A stretch of 62,815 nt of DNA, counting the filler. It is 4 parts of 4 records of this genome, joined end to end, with 100 filler letters (N's around TTAATTAATTAA, not from the genome) between each part and the next. Parts side by side here need not be neighbours in the genome. Positions count along the whole stretch, not along the records: positions 1 to 22,820 come from DRR378314_1974; 3 more parts are not named here. The stretch is one strand, 5' to 3'. Below are positions 10,024 to 18,962 of this stretch, in pieces. A program made the position numbers and the translations under genes. Within the stretch, counting starts at the first letter, position 1. Each line of letters opens with the position of its first letter. Under the pieces are notes generated by a model. The model was not told the origin of the DNA and searched no databases. It worked only from the letters and a program-made list of their open reading frames with translations.

Positions 10024-11136
10024 ATGGGCATTTTCGATTTCCTCTCCGGCGAATTCATCGACGTCATCCACTGGGTCGACGACACCCGTGACACGATGGT
10101 CTGGCGTTTCGAACGTGAAGCGCATGAAATCAAATACGGGGCCAAGCTGACCGTGCGCGAAGGACAGGCGGCGGTGTTTGTCCATGAGGGCCAGCTGGCC
10201 GATGTCTTCACCCCCGGCATGTATATGCTGGAAACCAACAACATGCCGATCCTGACCACTCTGCAACATTGGGACCACGGCTTCAAAAGCCCATTCAAAT
10301 CGGAAATTTACTTCGTCAACACCACCCGTTTCAACGATCTGAAATGGGGTACCAAGAACCCGATCATCGTGCGCGACCCCGAATTTGGCCCGGTGCGCCT
10401 GCGCGCTTATGGCACCTATTCCGTGCGGGTCAGCGATCCGGCCAAGTTCCTGACCGAGATCGTCGGCACCGACGGCGAATTCACCATGGACGAGATCAGC
10501 TATCAGATCCGCAATATCATCGTTCAGGAGTTTTCCCGCACCATCGCCCGCGCCCAGATTCCGGTGCTGGACATGGCCGCCAATACCCGCGAGCTGAGCA
10601 AGCTGGTCGGGACCGAAATCGCCGCACAACTGGCCGAATACGGGCTGACCCTGCCCGAGCTCTACATTGAAAACATCTCTCTGCCCCCCGCTGTGGAAGA
10701 GGTGATGGACAAACGCTCCTCCATGGGGGTTATCGGCAACCTCAACGAATACATGCAGTTTCAGGCCGCAGAGGCGCTGGGGCGTGACGGTGCAGGGGCC
10801 GGTGCCATTCAGGCCGGTCTGGGCGCGGGCCTTGGCATGCAGATTGGTCAGGCCGCCGCAGCCAGTGCTGGCCCATGGGGTGCCAGACCTGCCGCGGCCC
10901 AAGCCCCGATGGCACCGCCCCCGCCCCCCGTCGAACATGTCTGGCACATTGCTGTCGCTGGCGAGACCACCGGCCCGTTTTCCAAGGCTGCCATGGGGCG
11001 TAAAGCAACCGAAGGCAGCCTGACCCGCGACACCTATGTCTGGACCCCCGGTCAGGACGGCTGGCAGCGGGCCGAGGACGTCACCGAGCTGGCGCAGCTG
11101 TTCACCGTGATGCCACCGCCCCCACCTGCCGGTTAA
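10024..11136 (+). CDS. SPFH (band 7)-domain protein, YdjI-like, with C-terminal GYF_2/DUF4339-like domain
   Basis: MGIFDFLSGEFIDVIHW, LTVREGQAAVFV, KWGTKNP, FGPVRLRAYG; C-terminal WH...GPFS...VWTPGQDGW. Confidence 0.85.
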   Translation: MGIFDFLSGEFIDVIHWVDDTRDTMVWRFEREAHEIKYGAKLTVREGQAAVFVHEGQLADVFTPGMYMLETNNMPILTTLQHWDHGFKSPFKSEIYFVNTTRFNDLKWGTKNPIIVRDPEFGPVRLRAYGTYSVRVSDPAKFLTEIVGTDGEFTMDEISYQIRNIIVQEFSRTIARAQIPVLDMAANTRELSKLVGTEIAAQLAEYGLTLPELYIENISLPPAVEEVMDKRSSMGVIGNLNEYMQFQAAEALGRDGAGAGAIQAGLGAGLGMQIGQAAAASAGPWGARPAAAQAPMAPPPPPVEHVWHIAVAGETTGPFSKAAMGRKATEGSLTRDTYVWTPGQDGWQRAEDVTELAQLFTVMPPPPPAG

Positions 11137-11212
11137 GTCCACGTCAGGCGATCACAATATTCCCGCATCAGGCGGCCTGAAACTTTCAGGCCGCCTGTGT
11201 CGTATCTGGAAC

Positions 11213-11773
11213 ATGTCCCGCCTGTCCTCATTGCTGCCCCCTCTGCCCTCGCGCCGTGCCACGCTCAAGGCGGTGCATTGGGCCATGGTGCCCCTGCTGA
11301 TCTGGTTCCTGCTGGTCACCCCTGACGATGTGCTGCCCTTCGGCCCCAAAGCCTTTCAGGCCCATTCGCTGCTTGCCCTGTTCTTTGTCACCCTCTGTCT
11401 GCTCTGGACCGCCGATTACCTGCGCCGGGGTCTGGCCAGCCGCCCTGGGCCAAAACTGCCGCCCTGGGCGCGCATCACCCACCAGCTGTTGCACAAAAGC
11501 CTGATCTGGGGGCTGTTCGGCATCGCGCTCACCGGCTTCTTGCTGGGGTTGACCTCTGCTGTGCTACTCAAGGCCGGTGGCATCCTGCCCATTGCCCCGC
11601 CATTGGATATGAAACAGGCCAATGAAATCATCGGCCAGATCCATATCTTTGAATTTTACCTTGTTGCCCTGATCGCCGTCATCCATGCGCTGTTCCACAT
11701 CTGGCGGCAGGTTCATCTGCGCGACAATGCCCTGCGGATCATGACCCCCAAGGCGCTGCACCGGTTTTTGTGA
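11213..11773 (+). CDS. cytochrome b561/b-type diheme membrane protein
   Basis: Four TM helices with His ligands (VHW, AHS, IHI, IHALFH). Confidence 0.75.
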   Translation: MSRLSSLLPPLPSRRATLKAVHWAMVPLLIWFLLVTPDDVLPFGPKAFQAHSLLALFFVTLCLLWTADYLRRGLASRPGPKLPPWARITHQLLHKSLIWGLFGIALTGFLLGLTSAVLLKAGGILPIAPPLDMKQANEIIGQIHIFEFYLVALIAVIHALFHIWRQVHLRDNALRIMTPKALHRFL

Positions 11774-11818
11774 TCAACCCCGCTGGAAGAGCGGCCCGTA
11801 GGGCGCTATGTCTGACCC

Positions 11819-12928
11819 ATGGACGATACACCCCTTCCCGATGCGCCCCTATCAGAACACCGCTTTCCCTGTGACACCTGCGGCAGTGACCTGCGCTATG
11901 CCCCGGATACAGGGCGGCTGGTCTGTGACCATTGCGGCAATACCGAAACCATCGAAGGCAGCGGTTTTAACGTACAGGCCATTGCCGAACTGGACCTGCG
12001 CGCAGGGCTGAACGCCGATCTCCCCCCCGAGCAGATGGAAGAAACCCGCGTCACCACCTGCCCCAATTGCGCCGCACAGGTGGAATTCGACACCGGCAAA
12101 CACGCCACCGAATGCCCGTTCTGCGCCACCCCTGTGGTGGTCGACACCGGTACCAACCGCCACATCAAACCCCGCGCTGTTCTGCCTTTTGCCCTGACCC
12201 AGGAGGTCGCGCGCGACGCGATGAACGACTGGCTGGGGGGTTTGTGGTTCGCGCCCAACGGATTGCAGGAATATGCCCGCAAAGGGCGCCGGATGCAGGG
12301 GGTCTATGTCCCCTATTGGACCTATGACGCCAATACCCGCAGCAGCTATACCGGCCAGCGCGGCACCGTCTATTACGTCAGCGAAACCGTGATGCGTGAT
12401 GGCAAACGGGTGACACGGCAGGTGCCCAAAGTGCGCTGGCGCGCCGCCTCCGGCCGGGTCTCGCGGTTCTTTGACGATGTGCTGGTGCTGGCCTCCAAAT
12501 CCCTGCCGAAGAAATACACCGATGCCCTTGAACCCTGGGACCTCTCAGCCCTTGAACCCTATGCGCCTGAATACCTCGCCGGTTTCCGCGCCGAAGCCTA
12601 TGCCGTCCCGCTGCAAGACGGCTTTGCCGAGGCCCGCGCCCATATGGACCGCGTCATCGAACGGGACGTGAAATTCGACATCGGCGGCGACCGCCAGCGG
12701 GTGCATAGCATCGACACGGATCTGTCGAACCTGACGTTCAAACATGTGCTGCTGCCGGTCTGGCTGGCGGCCTATAAATACCGTGGCAAAACCTATCGTT
12801 TTGTCGTCAACGGGCGTACCGGTCGGGTACAGGGCGAACGCCCCTTCTCGGCCATAAAAATCACCTTTGCGGTGATCCTTGGTGCCATCGCGGCCGGGAT
12901 CATCGGCTATCTGGCAGCACAACAATGA
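11819..12928 (+). CDS. multi-zinc-ribbon membrane-anchored protein (YdjG-like / TFIIB-type Zn finger)
   Basis: Four CxxC pairs (CDTC, CDHC, CPNC, CPFC), YVPYWTYD, VLLPVW, VNGRTG, C-terminal TM. Confidence 0.85.
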   Translation: MDDTPLPDAPLSEHRFPCDTCGSDLRYAPDTGRLVCDHCGNTETIEGSGFNVQAIAELDLRAGLNADLPPEQMEETRVTTCPNCAAQVEFDTGKHATECPFCATPVVVDTGTNRHIKPRAVLPFALTQEVARDAMNDWLGGLWFAPNGLQEYARKGRRMQGVYVPYWTYDANTRSSYTGQRGTVYYVSETVMRDGKRVTRQVPKVRWRAASGRVSRFFDDVLVLASKSLPKKYTDALEPWDLSALEPYAPEYLAGFRAEAYAVPLQDGFAEARAHMDRVIERDVKFDIGGDRQRVHSIDTDLSNLTFKHVLLPVWLAAYKYRGKTYRFVVNGRTGRVQGERPFSAIKITFAVILGAIAAGIIGYLAAQQ

Positions 12929-13599
12929 CCGCATATGACACTCTGCACGACACGTTGAAATCACGGTACTCCTGCCGCGCCTTCCGCCCTGATCCGGTGC
13001 CGGATGCCACCATCACCGATATCGTCAAGGCCGCCCGACACGTCCCCTCATGGTGCAATGCCCAGCCCTGGCAGGTAACAATCACCAAAGGTGCTGCAAC
13101 TGCCTCCTTTCGCAGCATGATCAGTGATCTGGCCGCCGCCGGCACCCCGCCCGCCCCCGATCTCGCCTGGCCCGCCGGCTACAGCGGCGCATACGCTGAC
13201 CGCCGCCGCAGCTGCGGTTTCCAACTCTATGATGCCGTCGGCATCGCAAAATCCGACCGCGCAGGGCGCGCGGCCCAAATGATGCGCAATTACGCGCTGT
13301 TTGACGCGCCGCATGTGGCGATCATCCATTCTCCTTCCGAACTTGGCCCCTACGGTGCCATGGACAGCGGCGGCTTTGTCACCGCCTTCACCCTGGCTGC
13401 CACGGCACTTGGCATTGCCACCATCCCCCAAGCCGCCATCGCCGCCTATGCACCGCAGGTACGGGACCACCTCGGCATCGCGGACGACCGGCTGGTGCTC
13501 TGCGCGATATCCTTCGGTTATGCTGACACTGACCACCCCGCCAATGGATTCCGCACCTCCCGGGCCACCTCTGCTGACATCATCGACTGGAAAGAATGA
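12925..13599 (+). CDS. nitroreductase family protein
   Basis: RYSCRAF, PSWCNAQPW, AISFGY; ATGA overlap with upstream gene. Confidence 0.9.
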   Translation: MTAYDTLHDTLKSRYSCRAFRPDPVPDATITDIVKAARHVPSWCNAQPWQVTITKGAATASFRSMISDLAAAGTPPAPDLAWPAGYSGAYADRRRSCGFQLYDAVGIAKSDRAGRAAQMMRNYALFDAPHVAIIHSPSELGPYGAMDSGGFVTAFTLAATALGIATIPQAAIAAYAPQVRDHLGIADDRLVLCAISFGYADTDHPANGFRTSRATSADIIDWKE

Positions 13600-13663
13600 A
13601 ATGTTCCCGATTTCCCTGACAACACATGACCCTGCCCCCTCTCCTGCATCGGGAACTTTCTAA

Positions 13664-14107
13664 ATGCGCGCGCTCCTGCAACGTGTCACCGCCGCCTCCG
13701 TCACCGTGGATGGCACAACAATCTCCGAAATCTCCCATGGCCTGCTGATCTTCGTCTGCGCCATGCCCGACGACACCCCGGCAACCGCCAAGGCGCTGGC
13801 CGCCAAAATCGCCAAACTGCGCCTGTTCAAAGACGCCGATGGCAAAATGAACCTCAGCCTGCCCCAAACCGGCGGCGCGGCGCTGATGGTCAGCCAGTTC
13901 ACCCTGGCCGCTGACACCCGACGCGGCACCCGCCCCGGCTTTTCCTATGCCGCCAAACCCGAACTTGCAAAATCCCTCTACGAAGGGTTTGCCAATGACA
14001 TCGCCGCCCTCGGCATCCCCACTCAGCGCGGCCGCTTCGGTGCCGACATGTCCGTAGCCCTCACCAATGACGGCCCGGTCACCATCTGGCTCGATACCGA
14101 TACTTAA
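13664..14107 (+). CDS. dtd: D-aminoacyl-tRNA deacylase
   Basis: [24 protein letters not shown]. Confidence 0.97.
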   Translation: MRALLQRVTAASVTVDGTTISEISHGLLIFVCAMPDDTPATAKALAAKIAKLRLFKDADGKMNLSLPQTGGAALMVSQFTLAADTRRGTRPGFSYAAKPELAKSLYEGFANDIAALGIPTQRGRFGADMSVALTNDGPVTIWLDTDT

Positions 14108-14146
14108 TCCGATTGGTTTTGGTGGGCCCGCAGCCTCTTCCTGCCC

Positions 14147-15337
14147 CTAAGGCTCGCGAAACGCCTCTTTGCTCTTGTACAAAGGCTTCAGCAAATACTG
14201 CAAAACCGTCTTTGAGCCTGTATGCAGCTCCACACTTGCCTGCATCCCCGGCCGGATTCGCAAGGAGGCCTGCCGCTCGGTCAGATGCTCCGTATCCACC
14301 TGCAAGGTCACCTTGTAATGCGGGTTGCCATCCGCCTCACGCGCCCGTTCATCCTTGAAAGTATCCGCAGAGATCAACGTGACCTTGCCCTTCAAGGTGC
14401 CAAAAATTGTGTAATCATAAGCCGAGAGCTTCACCGTCGCATCCTGACCCGGACGCACACCGGCGATATCCTCCGGCTTGACCCGCGCCTCGACAAACAG
14501 CTCTTCACCCAGCGGGATAATCTGTAAAATCTCTTCACCGGGGCGCACAACGCCGCCAATGGTGGTCACCGACAGGTTGTTCACAATCCCACGCATCGGG
14601 CTGACCAGAACCGTACGGTTCAACTGATCGGTGCTGGCCTTCAGGTTCTGGCGCAATGTCGCCAGCTCTTTCAACACATCCGAATATTCCTGTGCCCGCT
14701 CCAGCTCTGTCTGGGTGGTCACCTCATCATAACGGATCTGCGCATCCGCATAGGATTTACGCGCGCGTGTCGCCTCGATCAGGGAGACGATGTTGCGCTC
14801 CAGCAGATCATTCATCAGGTTGGCTTCGCGTTCGGCCTCAACCAACACCCGTTTGGCCCCATCCGAGCGGGACACAAAATCCGACTGCCGTGCCCGCAAC
14901 AGGGTCCGTTCCGATTCCACGATATTCGGGGTGCGGCCTGCCCATTCATCCGGCACAGTAAAATCAAACTGCCCGGCCAGTTCCGCCTCCAGACGCAACC
15001 GGCGGATCTCGAATGCCGATATTTGATCCCGCAGGTCATCCACCGAGGATTGAAACTGAGTACCATGCAACCGTGCCAACACGTCACCGCGTTCCACGAT
15101 ATCCCCCTCACCCACGGCCAGCTCGGCCAGAATACCACCCTCAAGGTTCTGGATGATCTGCGGGCGTGAGGATGAAATCATCTCACCTTCCGCGCGTACA
15201 ATCTCATCAACCCAGGCGAAGGCCGCCCAGATCAGAAACACCAGTACCGCCCCGCCACACAGCCAGATCACCGCTGAAGGGCCGCGCATCTGACGCGTCA
15301 TCTGCGCATCCATGGTGGTGGGGTTCACAAGTGTCAT
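14147..15337 (-). CDS. type I secretion membrane fusion protein (HlyD family)
   Basis: N-terminal TM, IQNLEGGI, SPMRGIV, GGVVRPGE, IRPGM, YLLKPL. Confidence 0.95.
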   Translation of the reverse strand: MTLVNPTTMDAQMTRQMRGPSAVIWLCGGAVLVFLIWAAFAWVDEIVRAEGEMISSSRPQIIQNLEGGILAELAVGEGDIVERGDVLARLHGTQFQSSVDDLRDQISAFEIRRLRLEAELAGQFDFTVPDEWAGRTPNIVESERTLLRARQSDFVSRSDGAKRVLVEAEREANLMNDLLERNIVSLIEATRARKSYADAQIRYDEVTTQTELERAQEYSDVLKELATLRQNLKASTDQLNRTVLVSPMRGIVNNLSVTTIGGVVRPGEEILQIIPLGEELFVEARVKPEDIAGVRPGQDATVKLSAYDYTIFGTLKGKVTLISADTFKDERAREADGNPHYKVTLQVDTEHLTERQASLRIRPGMQASVELHTGSKTVLQYLLKPLYKSKEAFREP

Positions 15338-17562
15338 GCCGCCTGCCCTTTGGTGCTGGCAAGATGGCTCAGCACCTTGTCCTTGGGTCCATCAATCGTC
15401 ATCTGCCCGCCCTGCAAGACCAAGGTCCGGTCAGTCAGCGCCAGAATAGGCGCGCGATGGGTGGCGATAATCGCGGTGCGCCCCTCCATCCATGTTTCCA
15501 ACCGGCTGACCAGGGTGCGTTCCAGCGTCTGATCCAGCGCCGCCGTCGGCTCATCCAGCAGGCATACCTTGGGGTCCTGCAACCACAACCGGGCCCAGCC
15601 GATCGACTGGCGCTGGCCAATGCTCAACCCCGCCCCATTGTCCTTGATCTCCAGATCCAGCCCTTTGTGGTGCTCTTTCACAAACGGCCCCAACCCGGCA
15701 AAATCCAGTGCCTCCTGCAAGCGTTTGTCGTCCCGCTCCAACATCGTCAGGTTCAGGTTGTCGCGCAGTGTACCGGCAAACAGACGCACATCCTGACCCA
15801 GATAGCCGATCAACCGGCGCAAATCACGCGGCTCAATCTGGCTCATTTCTGTGCCATCAATCATCACCCGTCCGGTTTCCGGTGAATAAAGACCACTCAG
15901 CAGTTTCAAAAGTGACGACTTGCCCGACCCGTTGGCCCCCAACACCGCAACTTTCTGCCCCGGCAGGATCGCCATGCCTCTGATGTTCAGCGTTGGCGCA
16001 CCGTCCTCTTCATAGCGAAACGTCACATCGCGCAGCTCGAAATGCCCCTTCAGGCTTTCGCGGCGCAGGTAGCTACGGCTTTCATCAGCGTCCTGTTCGG
16101 CGCTGGCGATCATCTCCAACCCGTCCAGCGCGGATTTCACATTGCCCCAGCGCGCCATGGTGCCCGCCAGCTGCGTCAGCGGCGACAGGGTCCGTCCGGT
16201 CAGAATACCCACCGCGATGATCGACCCCACTGTGAACTGTCCCGCAAACACCAGATATGTACCGGTGATCACTGCTGCCACATAGGTGCCCTGCTGCACG
16301 CCCTGCGACCAGAACGTCAGGGTCGAGGCCAGCTTGCGCTGCTCGGATGACTTCACCGCCTGCACCGTGTTCAACTCTTGCCACAGACGCGCCACACGGT
16401 CTTCACCGCGCTGGGTCTTCAAGGTGTCGAGTTCGAAAATCGTCTCATGCAACAACCGCGAGGATTTGGCCGACGCGCCTTGGGTCTCCTGCGTCAGGCG
16501 GATCATCTTGCGCTGCAAAAAGAACCCCGGGATCACCATCAGGATACCGCCGAGTACCAGAACCCAGACCACGTTGCCCGCAATGCTGGCGACCAGAAAC
16601 AGAAACACAAAGATGAACGGCACATCCGCAATTGTGCCAATGGTCGAGGCGGTAAAGAACTCGCGCACTGACCCGAATTCACGCATCGCCGAAAACACCT
16701 GATTGGGGGCCTGCCCCTTGGCATCCGATTTCATGCCCAAAATCCGCTCCATCAGGATTTGCAGCACGGAAATTTCAATCTGCCGGCCCGCCCCATCCAT
16801 CAGACGCGCACGGGCAATCTTGATAAAGGCTTCCATCAGCAAGGCCAGCCCGGCACCAATCGCCAGGACCCACAGGGTGGCTTCGGATTGATGCGGGATC
16901 ACCCGGTCATAGACCTGCAAGGAAAACAGCGCCACGGCCACTGCCAACAGGTTCGCCACAAACGACCCCATCGCAACCTCACCCATCTGGCGTTTGAAAC
17001 GGCCAAACTGGCCCCAGAACCAATGTGGTGCGGCGCTTTCGGTCTTATGGGTCTCGGCCACCTTGGCCAGCGGCGCTTCAGCGCGGACCAGTAACCCAGC
17101 AAAGAAGGGTTTGAAATCACTGACCGGCACAAAGGCGCGGTTGTCAGGACAGCTGGTGTCGAAAATGATCAGATCGCCGCGCGACTGGCCCATCACCAAA
17201 AGCACCTGACCGGATGTCATATAGGCCAACGCCGGCCAAAGATCCGCGCTCAGCGGACCGGCTTTCGTGACCTGCGCCAGCAACCCAAGCGAGCGCAGCC
17301 CATGCGCAATTGCGGATGCTTCATCCTTATCCTTGGCACCCTCGCGGGTCGCACCGCCAATCGCTTCGAACAGATCCCGGCGCACTGCCTCGACCCCCAG
17401 CAGACCGGCATAGGTCGCGGCCAGCTGCGCACGCACATTGATGCGTTCCTCAAAACTGGATGGCTTCGGGGCCTCGGACGGGCGTCCATCCCCATTGGCC
17501 GCCGCAAGACGTCCCTGATTTCCATTACTGATCTTTAGAGTAAAGGCGCGTTTCTGGCTCAA
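15334..17562 (-). CDS. type I secretion ABC transporter (LapB/HlyB-like)
   Basis: QVYDRVIPH TM domain, Walker A GANGSGKS, LSIGQRQ signature, LLDEPT. Confidence 0.95.
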   Translation of the reverse strand: MSQKRAFTLKISNGNQGRLAAANGDGRPSEAPKPSSFEERINVRAQLAATYAGLLGVEAVRRDLFEAIGGATREGAKDKDEASAIAHGLRSLGLLAQVTKAGPLSADLWPALAYMTSGQVLLVMGQSRGDLIIFDTSCPDNRAFVPVSDFKPFFAGLLVRAEAPLAKVAETHKTESAAPHWFWGQFGRFKRQMGEVAMGSFVANLLAVAVALFSLQVYDRVIPHQSEATLWVLAIGAGLALLMEAFIKIARARLMDGAGRQIEISVLQILMERILGMKSDAKGQAPNQVFSAMREFGSVREFFTASTIGTIADVPFIFVFLFLVASIAGNVVWVLVLGGILMVIPGFFLQRKMIRLTQETQGASAKSSRLLHETIFELDTLKTQRGEDRVARLWQELNTVQAVKSSEQRKLASTLTFWSQGVQQGTYVAAVITGTYLVFAGQFTVGSIIAVGILTGRTLSPLTQLAGTMARWGNVKSALDGLEMIASAEQDADESRSYLRRESLKGHFELRDVTFRYEEDGAPTLNIRGMAILPGQKVAVLGANGSGKSSLLKLLSGLYSPETGRVMIDGTEMSQIEPRDLRRLIGYLGQDVRLFAGTLRDNLNLTMLERDDKRLQEALDFAGLGPFVKEHHKGLDLEIKDNGAGLSIGQRQSIGWARLWLQDPKVCLLDEPTAALDQTLERTLVSRLETWMEGRTAIIATHRAPILALTDRTLVLQGGQMTIDGPKDKVLSHLASTKGQAA

Positions 17563-18875
17563 ATCTCATCCCCATCGGCCAGCACGCCCAACAGGCGTGC
17601 CAGATCGATCTGCAACTGTGCAGCCTCATACTTTAACGTGACTTCAGCCTGCTGCTGGCGGGCAAAAGTCTCGTATACACTCACTATATCCATGACCTGG
17701 CGTTGGCCTGCGTCATATTGTTCCTGAAACACATCCAGATTGCGCTGTGCCTGCGCGGTCAGATTACTGGCCTCTTGCGCCTGACGCGACTTGGCGGCGA
17801 TCTGCCCCTCCAGTTTGCGCAGCTTGCGGTTGGCATCTTCATTGGCCTGCGACACCTGACGGCTTGCCGCCTCTTTGGCTTCCTCGATGGCACGCAGGGT
17901 GGCACCGGTGCCAAAACCCAGCAGCGTGTCGGAACTGACACGCAGCCCCAGATCGGAATTCTCGCCAATGGTCCCGCCCGCCGACAATCCGGGCAGTTGA
18001 TCCGCCCGGTCGATCTTGGCCGCCGCAATGGCGCGGGTCTTTTCGGCCTCGGCCAGAACCACATCCAAGGGCTGTGCCGCCTGCGAGGATACCCGCAAGG
18101 CCGGCACACCATGCAAACCGCTCAGCGGTTCGATGGACATGGCGTTCAATTCTGCAATCGCGGTATTGGCCGCCTCGACATTGGCCGCACGATCCGCACG
18201 GATTTCAGACAGCTTCTGGCGCAGGATGTTCAAATCGGAACTGTCCGACACGCCCCCTTTGACGCGCTCTGACATGATGTATTCAAACTGCCCCATGTCG
18301 CGCAGCGATGCTTCAGACAGGGTTGCTTTCTCGCGCGCCTCGGCGGCGGTAACATAAAGTGCAAGCGCGGTATGCACCCGGTCGTTGGTATCCTTGGCGA
18401 GGTTCACCGCAGCAACTTCCACGTCGGCAATCGCAAATTCGCGCTCACCCTTGCGTCTGCCATTGTCGAACAACACCTGATCCACCACTAGATTGGCCAC
18501 CAAGGACCCCAGCGATGTCAGGCTGATGTCTGGCCCGATCTTGGGCAACCAGTTTTTTGATGCCGCTTCCGAACGCAACCGCGCTGCCCGTAAATCAGAT
18601 TCCGCGGCCCGCGAATTGGCCGCCAGCACCGACGTCGCCACCCGCGAATAGCTGCTGCCTGACGGCAATGCGGAACTGCGTGCCGACAGACCCTGAATGA
18701 TAGTGCTTTCGGAGTTTACTTTTTCCGCATGGCTGGGACGTGCAACGGAATTTGCATCCGGGGACTTCAGCCGCGCAACAAAATCACCCGCACTGCCGCC
18801 CGCATCCGACAAACATCCTGTCAGGGTAAACGCAACCGCACACACTCCGACTGCCCTTTTTACACCTTGCCCCAT
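17559..18875 (-). CDS. TolC-family outer membrane channel of the T1SS (probable lipoprotein)
   Basis: LTGC lipobox, helical OEP repeats, QYDAGQRQVMDIV; coupled to the ABC gene. Confidence 0.85.
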   Translation of the reverse strand: MGQGVKRAVGVCAVAFTLTGCLSDAGGSAGDFVARLKSPDANSVARPSHAEKVNSESTIIQGLSARSSALPSGSSYSRVATSVLAANSRAAESDLRAARLRSEAASKNWLPKIGPDISLTSLGSLVANLVVDQVLFDNGRRKGEREFAIADVEVAAVNLAKDTNDRVHTALALYVTAAEAREKATLSEASLRDMGQFEYIMSERVKGGVSDSSDLNILRQKLSEIRADRAANVEAANTAIAELNAMSIEPLSGLHGVPALRVSSQAAQPLDVVLAEAEKTRAIAAAKIDRADQLPGLSAGGTIGENSDLGLRVSSDTLLGFGTGATLRAIEEAKEAASRQVSQANEDANRKLRKLEGQIAAKSRQAQEASNLTAQAQRNLDVFQEQYDAGQRQVMDIVSVYETFARQQQAEVTLKYEAAQLQIDLARLLGVLADGDEI

Positions 18876-18914
18876 ATCCTGCCCTCAAAGCCCCGGTTCT
18901 ATGACCGATATTGT

Positions 18915-18949
18915 CGGGGGCGCGGGTCATTTGACGCCCGCGCCTCTCC
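18915..18949 (-). other. intergenic GC-rich hairpin between adhesin and tolC genes
   Basis: GGCGCGGG(18919-18926)...CCCGCGCC(18937-18944) inverted repeat, no U-tract. Confidence 0.55.
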
Positions 18950-18962
18950 TTGGTCTTTTCGC

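Noticed and set aside
9001-11142. 713-aa minus-strand ORF, and similar long antisense ORFs (1603-2709, 47829-49208, 49284-50669, 60091-61293, 62060-62806)
   Set aside because: Shadow ORFs on the opposite strand of well-supported genes in GC-rich DNA; no motifs
13601-13663. 20-codon ORF bridging the nitroreductase stop and the dtd start
   Set aside because: Too short to support without conservation or ribosome-profiling data
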